A stretch of 63,964 nucleotides of DNA, the filler included, from Salisapilia sapeloensis CBS 127946 (Eukaryota; Protista; Oomycota): the NCBI GenBank assembly GCA_023334545.1. It is 8 parts of 8 records of this genome, joined end to end, with 100 filler letters (N's around TTAATTAATTAA, not from the genome) between each part and the next. Parts side by side here need not be neighbours in the genome. Positions count along the whole stretch, not along the records: positions 26,864 to 45,880 come from JAADVB010000315.1; positions 45,981 to 47,735 come from JAADVB010001052.1; positions 47,836 to 51,890 come from JAADVB010000692.1; 5 more parts are not named here. One strand, given 5' to 3'. Positions 40,604 through 51,890 of this stretch are shown piece after piece (positions within the stretch are counted from its first letter, which is position 1; each line of letters starts with the position of its first letter). A model generated the notes under the pieces. That model ran no database searches, was not told where the DNA came from, and was given only the letters and a program-made list of their open reading frames with translations. Made by a program: the position numbers and the translations under genes.

Positions 40604-42116
40604 ATGGGGTCTCGCAGGAGGAGGTCGACTTCAGCATCATTGGCGTACTTCCTCCTCACCACATTCCTTGGACTCGTGCTACTTGCAATACTGTACACCA
40701 ATGTAATGATTGGTACACCGACGTTCGAGCCACGACCGAAAACATAAAGGAACGACTTTTATGCACGAGTTAAACTTAGGCGAGATGCATTCGGGCACGA
40801 CAGCACTAAGCGCTATGCAAAGCATATCGGCATTACTAATCCGATCGACCTGCTTGAAGTGAACAAAACACTTTCCAACGCGGAGCGAAGGGCCTACGAG
40901 TTTGCCAGCGTAGCATATTCGACAGTGAAACCAGGCGCATGCGGCATCGTCCTACCTATATACGATTAGATTGTGATGGAAGGCGCGTCGCTCTTGCGTG
41001 ATCTGGATGCTTATTATGTGCTGAATTTGCCTATTGAGATCCTACATTGTGGCGATCTAAAGCCAGAGTACCAAGAGCTACTTCGACACCAATTACCAGG
41101 AACGACCGTCCACGTTTATGATATCTGTGCAAAAGCATTGGAAACTTCGCATGTATTTTGCCACGACATGCAGCACTGCCAAAAGCGCTTTCGAGGCTTC
41201 CTGATCAAGCCCCTCTCGGTCGTGTTCTCTAAATTCGAAGAGATCATGTTTTTCGATGCAGACATTCAGTTCTTTCGAGACCCCATGACATTATGAAGTA
41301 CTCAGGAGTACAAATACAACAGGCATCTATCTCTTTCGAGATCGAAAATGCCAGGCGAAGCGCTTTGCCGGACATCCGACTAGAATGTGGGATCACGATC
41401 GGACTCGTTTAAACATGTTTCTTGAACAATTTTACATCGACCCGTTCCGAATTTTGCTCACATTGCCTCGAGAAAAGCATCGAGCAATACCGTACGACCC
41501 GATGGTCATCGAAATGAATCTGATAGAGAAGCTGCCATATGAGCCAAGTAACGAACTTCTCAAGAGCCACGTGTGGAACCTCCGATCGGGCCACATCATT
41601 GATTCGTCTCTAGTGCTGTGGAACAAACGAAAACAGGTTCGAGCAACGGCACTGTTGTCATTATTCATTGGTCGAGGGCAGTTGAAGCCTCAGTCATACG
41701 GAGACAAAGATCTCTTCTTCGTTGCAAGTGAGTTGGCCAAGATGCGTTGCAGTCTGTTTCCGTACGGCGTTGGTGCGTACGGCAACGACGTTCGTTGGCA
41801 CCAAAAGAACCGGACTCGTTGTAATCCTATGATTGCGTTGTGCGGCCAAGCGCTGCACTTCTATCCGACAGTAGAAGTGGATGTTGCATCGGATGCGCCA
41901 GCCTTCTACGTCAATAGCAACGGACTAATGAAGACGGAGGCGAATGGAAAGCAGTTGTACCGTACGAAGGCGAGGGACAAGAGTGTTTAACCTAGCGACA
42001 ATAGTTAGTGGAAACTACGCAAGGAGTGCGAAGTGGACGTGGAAGTCATGGAGCTATCGCCCGCCGAATTGAAGCGACTCAAATGGAGACAGGAATATTT
42101 TGACGAGTTGCTGTGA
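40604..42116 (+). pseudogene. GT71 alpha-mannosyltransferase-like pseudogene
   Basis: Type II TM anchor from ATG 40604, then GIVLP, LPIEILHCGDL, LIKPLSVVFSKFEEIMFFDAD, DSSLVLWNK, SYGDKDLFF, LCGQALHF. Interrupted by in-frame stops (about 40745, 40967, 41294, 41380, 41988) and a frameshift. Confidence 0.82.
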
Positions 42117-45100
42117 TAGGATCGTAATGTAAACTAATAGAACACACACTACTGGTTGTATTCCAGCGTCTTATAGCGAATCGTGGAATGCGTTTCTCCT
42201 TACATGTAAATCTAGGAGCGTATTGAAAATAAAAGTTTGCTACTTGGATTTTAATGAATACACGTGGAGACCATCTAGGCCGTCTTCGTTCTAGTTTAAA
42301 CTAAATCGACCACGGTGGGAGCTGAAGCTGAAACTGACAAGTGTTGGAAGTCGAATGGAACCCTACAAAGTTGAAGTTCATCGGATGTCGCACAAATGTT
42401 GACACAAGAAAATAAAATAAATAGGAAAGAGAGTAAGAAAGATAATAAAATCAAGTGGTCGGTCAACTGGATCGATCACTCTCCTTTTCGCACAGAACCA
42501 AGCACTTCAGCCAAGCTATCTCGTGTGCATAGGTTTCGTTGGAATTCTAACAAGCTTGAATAATAAGATGTCGAGAAAATTGATCGCTTCTGTGTCAGCA
42601 TCCGCTCCATTTTCCAACACGTGAATGAAGCTGAATCTTTACGGTTAAACTGACAAACATGCATTGGTCTATCATACCACTGTGTTGTGTTCGGATTAGT
42701 AGACTGAAACCCTGCCTTCGATGAAGCTAATATCAATTTTTAGGTGCCGTCTCGCTGAAAAAGGTGCACATACGTGCAAAGATGGCGAGTCGTAAAGCAG
42801 AGCAATCGAGAGACGACGACACTAGAATAATGACAACCATTTAAGTGGAGCACATGGATGATTATCATGTGGAGAAGAAAGCATTCTATGTTGCAGCTGC
42901 GGTAAGCATAGATGATAAGGGTCGGATGAGTGTAAAGAATCAATGCGTAGTTTTGGATAGGCGGTATGAAGCTAAAAAGGTCAAAACGAATACTTCCGGC
43001 TTTAAAACGCATGATAGAGATCTAGCAAGCTTACATTTCACTATCTTGAGCGAACTAATGTGCTACTACGAGTTTGATAGGATACTATGAACGATAGGTC
43101 ATATAGGTCCTATGGTAGAGGAGTCATGCTGCTCGGCACGTTCCGTACGTCCACTATCTATGTATGATGATGAGTGTCAACGAGAGGCTTCATCTGCCAC
43201 AACGAGTCACATCATGAGTAATACAGTTGTGGTGATGCGGGTAAATAAATATACCTAGACCACAAAGGCCAATGTGGAAAGATAGCATTCACTAGGCTGT
43301 GTATATTAGCAGCGGCTTTTGATTTGACCAACACAATTCTGCAGCCAAACACAAACCGCAAGTTCGCTGGGTATGAGCTATTTGCAGCAGAAGGGAGCCA
43401 AGATGGTGATTGGCGGATCTGGACGTAACTTTCTATAAAAGTAAGAGAAAGAACGCGCATCAAGCTCCCAGTCTTTAAAGCCGTTAACAAGCGGCTGATA
43501 GCGGATAGCTTGTAGCCTCGCGTACGAGCTCCTCTGACACTAGACCTGATCGCGGAACACGTCCAGACCTTAAACCTTAGCACCCGCTGGTGGTTTGATC
43601 GACAAATTTCCAACCCGCTAAAACGAGCGAGGTACTACATCTAACCAGTAGAAACCAGAGACTGAGTGTCTTACACAGAATTTGGTAGTACTGTCCGTCT
43701 GAATTCAATATAACCGGCGCTGGGCAGTACCGAACAGCTTGACACCTTTTGGCTGTTGCTTTACCTTTTTTTCCTTCTCCCCTCTCGATATGAAGTGCTT
43801 TTCTGCGTTTTATTAAACCCGGAAAAGCATAAATATGAAGTGCTGGTGTTGGTTTCCGCGAGAAAAATCAACTCTATAGTGCGAACCTGACGTTGAGCTG
43901 GAGTTACTATTCGAACACTAACGTTGCAGAGGACGCTTGTGAACTTAGTCGGAAAATCTAGGTTGAATTACTAGCTTACCTACCTTTGTTTTCTTCTTCG
44001 TTGTTTTCCTACTTCCAATCTTTTTGCTTACATTCCTATCTTCCCCTCCTCTACGCTCCACTTGTTTTCAGTATCTGGCTGTCACTGGCTGCCACCAACT
44101 TCTGATGACATCCGTCACTTGGCCCCGGCCTAGTAGGTTAGGCTGACCCCAATCATCGCCTTCGACACCTTGCGCACGGTTGAAAATCTTCCCTCTCATC
44201 TCTGCTCTAGGTCAAGTGGTGTAAACACCATCACACACTTTCTTTGCATACTTTAAGCACATTCCCTTATCGGCATCCATAGGCTGAATATGTCTTCACT
44301 GAGCACTCATCAACGACACTCTACACCGTCTGGCTTTGTCGACCATTCTTAGTTGTCCATCGTTGCTGATGATTTGGACCCTCACAGTCTGTCCTCGTAA
44401 CTCCTTCACGCTCCTTCGAACTATTAGATACCACCGAAAACTGTCGCTTCCGTTGGCTTATCACCTTCGTATACTAAATGCTTTATCTGCCTTGAACTGA
44501 TATCTCAAACCCGCCATTTCACCGACCGTTTTTTTGGAGGTTCTTTGACGTTGGTTTCTTGGTTCATGCACCCTCATTCTCATTTAAAGCATCCGTAGGC
44601 CTGCACATTAAGCGATTACCTCCTTTAATATTTCTTCATCACAGCTCACTGAGTCACGGTTAGCTCGGTTGGTTACACCTGACCGACAACCCTCATTTGC
44701 TTTAAAATTTTTTGTCTCGTTCCATACCGTTGCCCTCCACCGCTACAGTCGCATTATTGGTTGGTAGTTGTACAACCAGTACTGAGTAACACTGCTTTAC
44801 AGTAGCTCGTGCTGAATCCCTGCTAATGTGACTGGCCGCGACCACTCAGAGCTGGGTATCCGGATATAAAGTGCGCTTTCCATCTGAGTACACCTAGCAA
44901 ATCTTTTCTCATATCAATACAAGTCTTCATCTTCTCGCAACCTGCAAGCCTTTCAGTTTTCAGCGGTTCATGCCTAATCTCAATTGGATTCTCCTAGAGT
45001 AACCTGGTTATTGATGCGGTCGTGACGCCCTTTATTTTGCATCGGCTTCAATTGTACGTATACATATGGTGGATGTTTCGCGTAGTAGCAATAACTGCTA

Positions 45101-45406
45101 GGCTCGTTTTTTATCTATCCGCACTGGCATGACTTGTTCGCGTGACGATCGGGTCGTACTTCGACATTGGCTTCGTCAGGAGTGTGATAATATACTTCCA
45201 AATTTTTCAGCTAGATCCAAGGGCGTACGTTGACACCGCTTATGGGAGTAATTACATTGTCTTACATCCAGCTTATTACTTGGGGCTGATATCGGATGCC
45301 TATAAGAAACAGGCTGGCCTACTCCTAAAACCAAAAATTGTGTAGGATGTAGCACAGTAAGCATAACTTTTGCAATGGACACGAACCACTCTTTCGATAG
45401 AGTTCG

Positions 45407-45730
45407 TGTAATGGGACTAGTTTCTTCTGTCTCTCGGAGAGAGAATCAGAGGAAGCAAGAGAAGTAGAGCGGATCCTAGAAAGGTATCCGAGACCAACGA
45501 AGACTTGAAGGATTGAGTCTTAGAAGGAAAAATTGCAACTGAATTAAAAGTAAGCTCTTAAAGAGAGCGTCCTAAATCTAGTGCTATCCTGTCCTCTCTT
45601 CACCAAGACTGTCTAGTTCAACATGCATAGTAAAATGAAGATCTCGGTCCTTGCGTCATAGAAAGCAGGTGCTGACGTCACTGGAATTCGGTTCTGCGTC
45701 GTTCCCGCGCTGCGTGTCTTTGCTGCCCAC
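45407..45730 (+). mobile_element. LTR remnant, family A
   Basis: Starts TGTAATGGGACTAGTT and shares CGGATCCTA(G)AAAGGTATCCGA, AAAATTGCAACTGAATT and CTATCCTGTCC with the reverse-strand copy at 47850-48034. Confidence 0.6.
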
Positions 45731-45880
45731 TGTGACGGGAGTCACAACGATAGCCCTTTAAACGTAAGGGAAGCGTAAAACGCGGAGTATGAAACTCTTG
45801 TACTTAAAAAGTACGGAAGTAGTGTAAGACACTTGTGCTTTAGAAAGCAAAATAAGAACTGGTTGTATTTAGCGTTAATC
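45731..45880 (+). mobile_element. LTR, family B (truncated by spacer), apparently inserted into family A
   Basis: Starts TGTGACGGGAGTCACA and is highly similar over about 140 bp to 48424-48566. Confidence 0.7.
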
Positions 45881-45980
45881 NNNNNNNNNNNNNNNNNNNN
45901 NNNNNNNNNNNNNNNNNNNNNNNNTTAATTAATTAANNNNNNNNNNNNNNNNNNNNNNNNNNNNNNNNNNNNNNNNNNNN

Positions 45981-46121
45981 GATCGGCGTGAGAGCTCGTT
46001 CGATGCGTGTATGAGTGGTAGATTCGGGGTCGTCGTGTGGTTTGTGATTGGCGTTGTCTGTTGCTAGAGCGGAGGTGGAAACCCTTGGCTTCCATCGATC
46101 GGGAGATGGGAGGTGGATAGA
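45981..46121. repeat. 141-bp perfect inverted repeat, left arm
   Basis: Exact reverse complement of 47595-47735. The two arms form the two ends of the 1755-bp contig. Confidence 0.95.
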
Positions 46122-46346
46122 AGAATGAAATGTATTCTGATTTAGATTTGTAGTGATGTTGGCTTTGGTGAGAGATTCGACATAAAAGGTCATTTAGGAT
46201 GACCCGTGTGTTGTCTAGGACTGTATAGGAACGTGTATGAACGTGTATACGAGTGTTTGGGTGTTAGCAAAGATAGAATCTGTTGGCGGTACTTTAAAAG
46301 TGGCATGCATTCGCTGGACGTGGAGCCTTGTCCACCATATATTACT

Positions 46347-47303
46347 CTAATCCTGATCCATAGGCTGTGCATCGCCAAGTGCCGTGGCATAATTCTTCTG
46401 TTGTACTACTCGAACAAAGCCTATGACACTCTCATTTCCTCTAATAGAGCAATATAGTGAGAACATTGTCTTTAGTGTAAAGTATAAATAAACACAGTGC
46501 GCACCTTTGGCAAGCCTCAGAGCAGGCAAAGTACTGTTCATCCGACAAATTTCCTAAAAAAAAGTCACCAAAATTTAGCTACAATGCCGATGAAGTAGTG
46601 ACCCATAAAGTACTTACCACTAGTGATGCATGTCAGAATGCCCTGACTTGTGGTCGATGTCGCCGTGGTGATAAGTGCGGCACATTCCTGGTTGGTACGA
46701 GTTGTGAGCATCCAATTTCATAATAAAACGACTCAAATACTGCTTACCTCTTCTTCTTTAGTAGAAGGATCGAGCAAAAGATTTCCGTTGGTGAACAACG
46801 CGCAGGTAGTGGAAGCCACCATCGCTGTCATCGGCACTCCAGCATCCAATAGCGCCACACTCACAGCGTTCAACGCAACTGAAAGAAGAGAGCCATTGTC
46901 TTCCAAGACTTGGACTACGATCGTGATGAGAGCCTTCGGGAAGCTGTGCAGATCGATGATGGGCTCGAACGTCTGGCGAATGATCTGCTCATACTCTTTT
47001 TCTTTCGATGCTATCAAGTAAAATAGTGTTAATTCTCCACTCCGTACCGTGCTATCCTGAGTATTAAAGTGTACTTGTGCCATCTTTTTCTAGTTTGAAG
47101 AAGACCTCGACTGTAGCGTAGTCTAATTGCTCTTGATGACGGCTTTTCGCCGGAGCAGGACCATATACGGCAGCTAATACAGCACTATCACCATGCGATA
47201 TACGAGCGGAACCATCCGCTCGGAAAAGAGAGCCTTGTTCTGATGCTAACGGCCGCAATTCGTTGCCCTGCCGCCCATCGACGCGCTTCTGATCGCTTGT
47301 CAT
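46347..47303 (-). CDS. RRP46: Exosome complex component RRP46 (RNase PH-like, multi-exon)
   Basis: [43 protein letters not shown], intron 47074-47011, [47 protein letters not shown], then further spliced exons ending ..[18 protein letters not shown]. Confidence 0.88.
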
Positions 47304-47594
47304 TTTTCGTTGTTCGAAGTTGTGTCCAAACCAGCAACTCAAACGTCGTTGATTATTCAGGACACTAGCTCACAATTGGTTCAAGTTGCATTAATCTTCA
47401 GAGACAGAGAGATCTACATCTACCTACATCCTTCCTACAGCTTTGAAAGCTCTAGGTAGAACGACCAATCTTTCTCCGTCGGCACCACATTACTAGTACT
47501 ACAGACACTCCTCCACATCAGAAGCTTATTAAACGAACATTCATCAACAAGCAACTCATTATCATCTACTCTGTCATTCAACTTCTATACGCCC

Positions 47595-47735
47595 TCTATC
47601 CACCTCCCATCTCCCGATCGATGGAAGCCAAGGGTTTCCACCTCCGCTCTAGCAACAGACAACGCCAATCACAAACCACACGACGACCCCGAATCTACCA
47701 CTCATACACGCATCGAACGAGCTCTCACGCCGATC
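47595..47735. repeat. 141-bp perfect inverted repeat, right arm
   Basis: Exact reverse complement of 45981-46121. Confidence 0.95.
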
Positions 47736-47849
47736 NNNNNNNNNNNNNNNNNNNNNNNNNNNNNNNNNNNNNNNNNNNNTTAATTAATTAANNNNNNNNN
47801 NNNNNNNNNNNNNNNNNNNNNNNNNNNNNNNNNNNCGACCTCAGCCAAC

Positions 47850-48034
47850 CAACAAGGTAGGACAGGATAGGACATAGTCTAGCTTTCTAACATTTTCAAT
47901 TCAGTTGCAATTTTGCTTTCTACTACTCAAGTGCCTTCCTCCTCTCCACCGAGCTTCGGATACCTTTTAGGATCCGATTGAATACCTCTATCTTTCCTTC
48001 CCCTGGAGACAGAGAAGAACTATGTCTCGTTACA
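47850..48034 (-). mobile_element. LTR remnant, family A, inserted into a PIF/Harbinger transposase
   Basis: The minus strand starts TGTAACGAGACATAGTT exactly where transposase similarity stops. Homologous to 45407-45590. Confidence 0.6.
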
Positions 48035-48321
48035 TTCTAGGGCATCAAGATTACTTTCTCCGCCTAAATATATAGGCCAATGAGCATCTTCTCGCCAGTA
48101 GAAATTGCACGCAAAGTCTTGATATTGTTTGCCGCCTCGAAATTACGAAGGAGACGAAAGAAGACACGCTTGCTCATGTCTATCTGTTCTTGAAAACGAA
48201 GCTCGATACCAGCACACAGCTCCGCATGGTATGTCGCACCTGTAGAAGACGATGTTCGGCAAGGCTCTTTTAAATACGGGGACACAATGTCACCCACGGA
48301 CATCGAGACAGCTTCAAGCAT
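48035..48321 (-). mobile_element. PIF/Harbinger transposase N-terminal fragment (pseudogene)
   Basis: RFQEQIDMSKRVFFRLL..ISTGEKMLIGLYI, then a frameshift to LGGESN.D. This resembles the F.E.FRM.K..F..L...S.EE.L..FL...G..SNR pattern of PIF/Harbinger (ALP1-like) transposases. Confidence 0.65.
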
Positions 48322-48357
48322 ATCTCGTCGTATTCATCGTCGAGCTTGATCGTAGTG

Positions 48358-48388
48358 TGATGCCCGCCACCAAACGTGGCGGGCATCA
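48358..48388. repeat. Perfect 13-bp GC-rich hairpin (5-nt loop)
   Basis: TGATGCCCGCCAC-CAAAC-GTGGCGGGCATCA. Confidence 0.9.
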
Positions 48389-48423
48389 TGTACTTTCGTG
48401 TTGTGTTTTCCGATTTTCGTATA

Positions 48424-48773
48424 TGTGACGGAAGTCACAACGATAGCGCTTTAAACGTAAGGGAAGCGTAAAACGCGGAGTATGAAACTCTTGTACTAAA
48501 AAGTACGGAAGTAGTGTAAGACACTTGTGCCTTAGAAAGTAAAATGAGAACTGATTGTATTGAGGCTTAATCCGAATACTAGACTTCGAGTTTCTATATA
48601 CCTACTAAATCCTAATACGATCTCCTTAATCTCCATCTTAGTATGGAAAGGTCTAACGACCATTCATGTTCCTTGTACCTTTGTATTAGCATCACATGCT
48701 CTAATACAAGACCCACTTCAAGATCCGGAATGTTACCCCATCTTGGGATACATTCATGTAACTTCCCATTACA
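48424..48773 (+). mobile_element. Solo LTR, family B
   Basis: Starts TGTGACGGAAGTCACA and matches 45731-45873. The putative 3' end ..CCATTACA at 48773 is inferred; no target-site duplication found. Confidence 0.62.
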
Positions 48774-50169
48774 GGGTCAAATTATATATAAAAGATAATA
48801 GCAATTGAAGTCAGTAAAATAGAAAAAAAAGATTTCGAAACAATATTTTGCAAACGTATGTAGATACAGCTTTCACTGCTCTACTTTAGACACCTTTTTA
48901 AAACTCCTATCAGGTAAAACTTCCGTTTCAGTCACGAAAATTTATCGACAATTCTACGAGCAGATGCATTACATGCTCCACGTTGGCTTCATGCCCACTG
49001 TCAGTGGTGACACGCAGCATGACGTGGCTTCATATCGCAATAAAAAGAGGGCGCGGAAATTCAGTTCGAGACAAAATGCACTCCAACCGCAGTCTTTCTT
49101 CTGTTTTAGGATAAAGCAAAACTCCTATCCGAGGGAAGCTTTAGACACTTAGTAGATTGCATCGGCCTTCCGATTTGGATATGAAGTGATCTTTTCAGTC
49201 AAGTGAAGGGTGTAGATTCCGCTAGCTGTACCATATTTGCGGAGTATGGCGAGAGAAGATACCCATCTAACCGTGGAGTAAACGACAGCCACTCAAAAGC
49301 CGGTGCCTGGTGCGTATGAATGAGCCAAACTTTTGGAGCAAGCCGGTATGTTTCGAAACCACGACTCACAGACCTATGTGCACGTCTATACTATATTGAC
49401 ATACTCTCTCTGGGTTCGCCAGTACGCCGTCATGAGACCGCATATGTTGTCGGTTTACGATACATTTTGACTTATGAGCTAAATGGAAATGAATTTGCAG
49501 ATAGACTATGCCAATATATCTTTAAATCTAGTTTGTCTTCATATTTTTCTTGGGTCGAAACTTCAAGGAGTTCTCAGATCTGGTCTCAATTGCAGTTCCT
49601 TCTACATGCAGTGAATCTGACAATCTGGCTGCTGCTGCGTACTACGAATGGGATTCAAACGATTCTCGGACCGTCTGCTTGGGTGCCTACACATGCCCAG
49701 TGAAAACCAGAGTCACGCCACCACATTATGAAGCTTGTATATAAAAATAATTTGGTTAATCTCTGTTCGATTTTATACTGAAAGCATTTACTTGGGTGTA
49801 CACGAAATGAACGTATAAAAGATGGTAGAACGAGAAAAGATGACATACCAATAGTTTATTTAATTAAAAGGATCAATTTGCATTTCTTCTTGTGTATTTT
49901 GCCATCGTACAAAAGCTACCTGCTATGCTACGGGAAGTGGCCTTTCTGTAAGATAACAGTAAATTACAACAAATAAGATATTACCCAGTGCCATGATAAA
50001 GCCTTGAACTATCGTAATATGTGGCATCAACGCGATGAACTTCAAGCTAGTAAATGCGTTCAATGTATTTATTCTTTATTGTCCTATCTACACACTAAGC
50101 TGTTTCCCGCCCTTCCTACCCGTCTGTCCTACATGGCGGATTCTGTCAATCAAGAACCCTTGAGAGGTA

Positions 50170-50860
50170 ATCATGAGATTACGTCTCAAAATGTTTGTAG
50201 GTTTCATCCATCTAGACGTGCTGAATGGTTGAAAAATGGTCTGAATTGGACATTGCTCGAAGATCTAATATACTCCTACTACAAGAAACAAGAATGTTGT
50301 AAAAGAATGAAGCAATTATATTAACCCGTCTTTGGGAGTCTTTCTGGGGAAATGAGGATGCCGGTGGAAAAGTGCTATTTTACAAACGGCATAAGCATGG
50401 AAGAGCCGGTGTAGCCATTCTGGCGCCTCATCTTTGTTCGCGGGTACAAAGACTGCCGGTGCGAACCTTCAACGGTCGTAGTATTGAAATCAAGATTCAC
50501 GGTGTACAAATAGTAAACGTGTATGCTCCAAGTAAGAACGCGTACAAACAGTTGCAAAGGAAATTTTATGAGAGATTAGAGCTTTCTTTACCAGCGGAAG
50601 GAGCCCTCGTTCTGGGCGGTGAGTTTAATTGCGTCCTTTCGAAAAAAGGAGACAGGCGTTATGGTCTTGAATAGGATAGAAAAGGCTCTGAGAGTCGATC
50701 TTTGAGTATTCTGATTCGGCACCACAACCTCCATGACGCTGCATTAGATGGCGACATGCCATGCAAACACTTACGTCATAACTGGTATACTCTCCTACAT
50801 ACAGACGCAAAAAGCCGACTTGATCGTTTCTAGCTACGCGAGACAGAGGATTGCACATTT
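50170..50860 (+). mobile_element. Decayed L1-type LINE AP endonuclease
   Basis: ITSQNV.., GRAGVAIL, QIVNVYAP, LVLGGEFNCVL and SRLDRF motifs, interrupted by stops. Confidence 0.8.
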
Positions 50861-51479
50861 TTACAAGTTATTCATGAGAAATGAGTGCGGCAGGCTGATC
50901 ATTTGTCTGTGTCGACGACACTATCTCGTTTGATACCAACAGCTACTACTAAGGCCTCGTTAAAAATTAACGAGTCTACGCTGCATGCGGGACGGGAACT
51001 AGCAGGCGGGGCGAGTACGCCAAAGGTAGAAAAAAGCAATCGAAAAACAGTAAAGAACCAGTTAAAATCTTGTCGTCATTGACCGCGACTGGTTTAAGTA
51101 ATTCGACACTTGAACATGAGCGTCCGCCTTCAGCATTGACATGCGATCAACACTCACAAGATCAGTTGCTATCGATGAGCTCAAACCTGTTAGATCTTGC
51201 AGTACGTAACGGAAGTGGAGCAGATCTGAGCAAAATCAACACTGTCTCAAGGTATGCTGGCAGTACGACACAACTTAATGTAGATGAGTGGTCTTCTATT
51301 ACAGTTCGCATTAATCACTAGCGAGCTAGAAGATAAGTTAATCGACAATAACATTGACACGACGAACGCTGTCACCTGACGTTCGCTCGAAACTCGCAAG
51401 CGTCACTGCGTTGGACGATACGCCGAAAGCTACTTCCCAGTCCAAGCATGCGCTTAGCAAGCCTCATAAACGCCGTTAA

Positions 51480-51890
51480 GTCGGTATCTATGGCTTTGGT
51501 AACTTTGGCTGGTTCCTCGCGAAAACATTTACCAAGTACTTTGACGTCCGAGCGACGTGGCGTACGGACTATTCGGACGTAGCATCGAAACTCGGCTGCT
51601 CCTTCTAGAACTCGTCGACTCAAGTCGCCGATTTCTTCTCCGGCCTTAACGTTGTCATCTTGTGCGTCAGTATCTTGTCGCTTGAGTCTGTAGTGAAAAG
51701 TCTACCAGTCAACGCACTGGACAATGTCGTTGTCGTGGGTGTCTTGTCAGTTAAGACGCATCCGAAGCAGACGCTGCTCAAGGAACTACCGTCCAGCGCC
51801 AGTATTCTTTGCACACACCCGATGTTTGGTCCTGAAAGTGGCAAGTACTCGTGGCGTGGACTACCGATGATGTTCGAACGCGTGCGTGCG
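51480..51890 (+). pseudogene. Arogenate/prephenate dehydrogenase (TyrA) pseudogene fragment
   Basis: VGIYGFGNFGWFLAK (Rossmann motif), in-frame TAG at 51606-51608, then VILCVSILS, VLSVKTHPK, ILCTHPMFGPESGKYSWRGLP. TAA at 51477 directly upstream; truncated by a spacer. Confidence 0.8.

Noticed and set aside
43600-45400. Purine-rich minus-strand stretch that looks like a decayed gag or ORF next to the LTR
   Set aside because: All three frames are riddled with stops, and I found no diagnostic zinc knuckle, protease, RT or integrase motif and no primer-binding site. Cannot be assigned.
49320-49703. 127-aa ORF (YIDILSLGSPVRRHETAYVVG..)
   Set aside because: No recognisable family, AT-rich codon usage, and located among transposon relics.
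40604-51890. RIP-like C-to-T hypermutation as the cause of the pseudogene stops
   Set aside because: The stops appear to arise from mixed changes (e.g. TGG>TGA, and probably TAC>TAG) plus frameshifts. No consistent dinucleotide-specific transition pattern is visible by eye.
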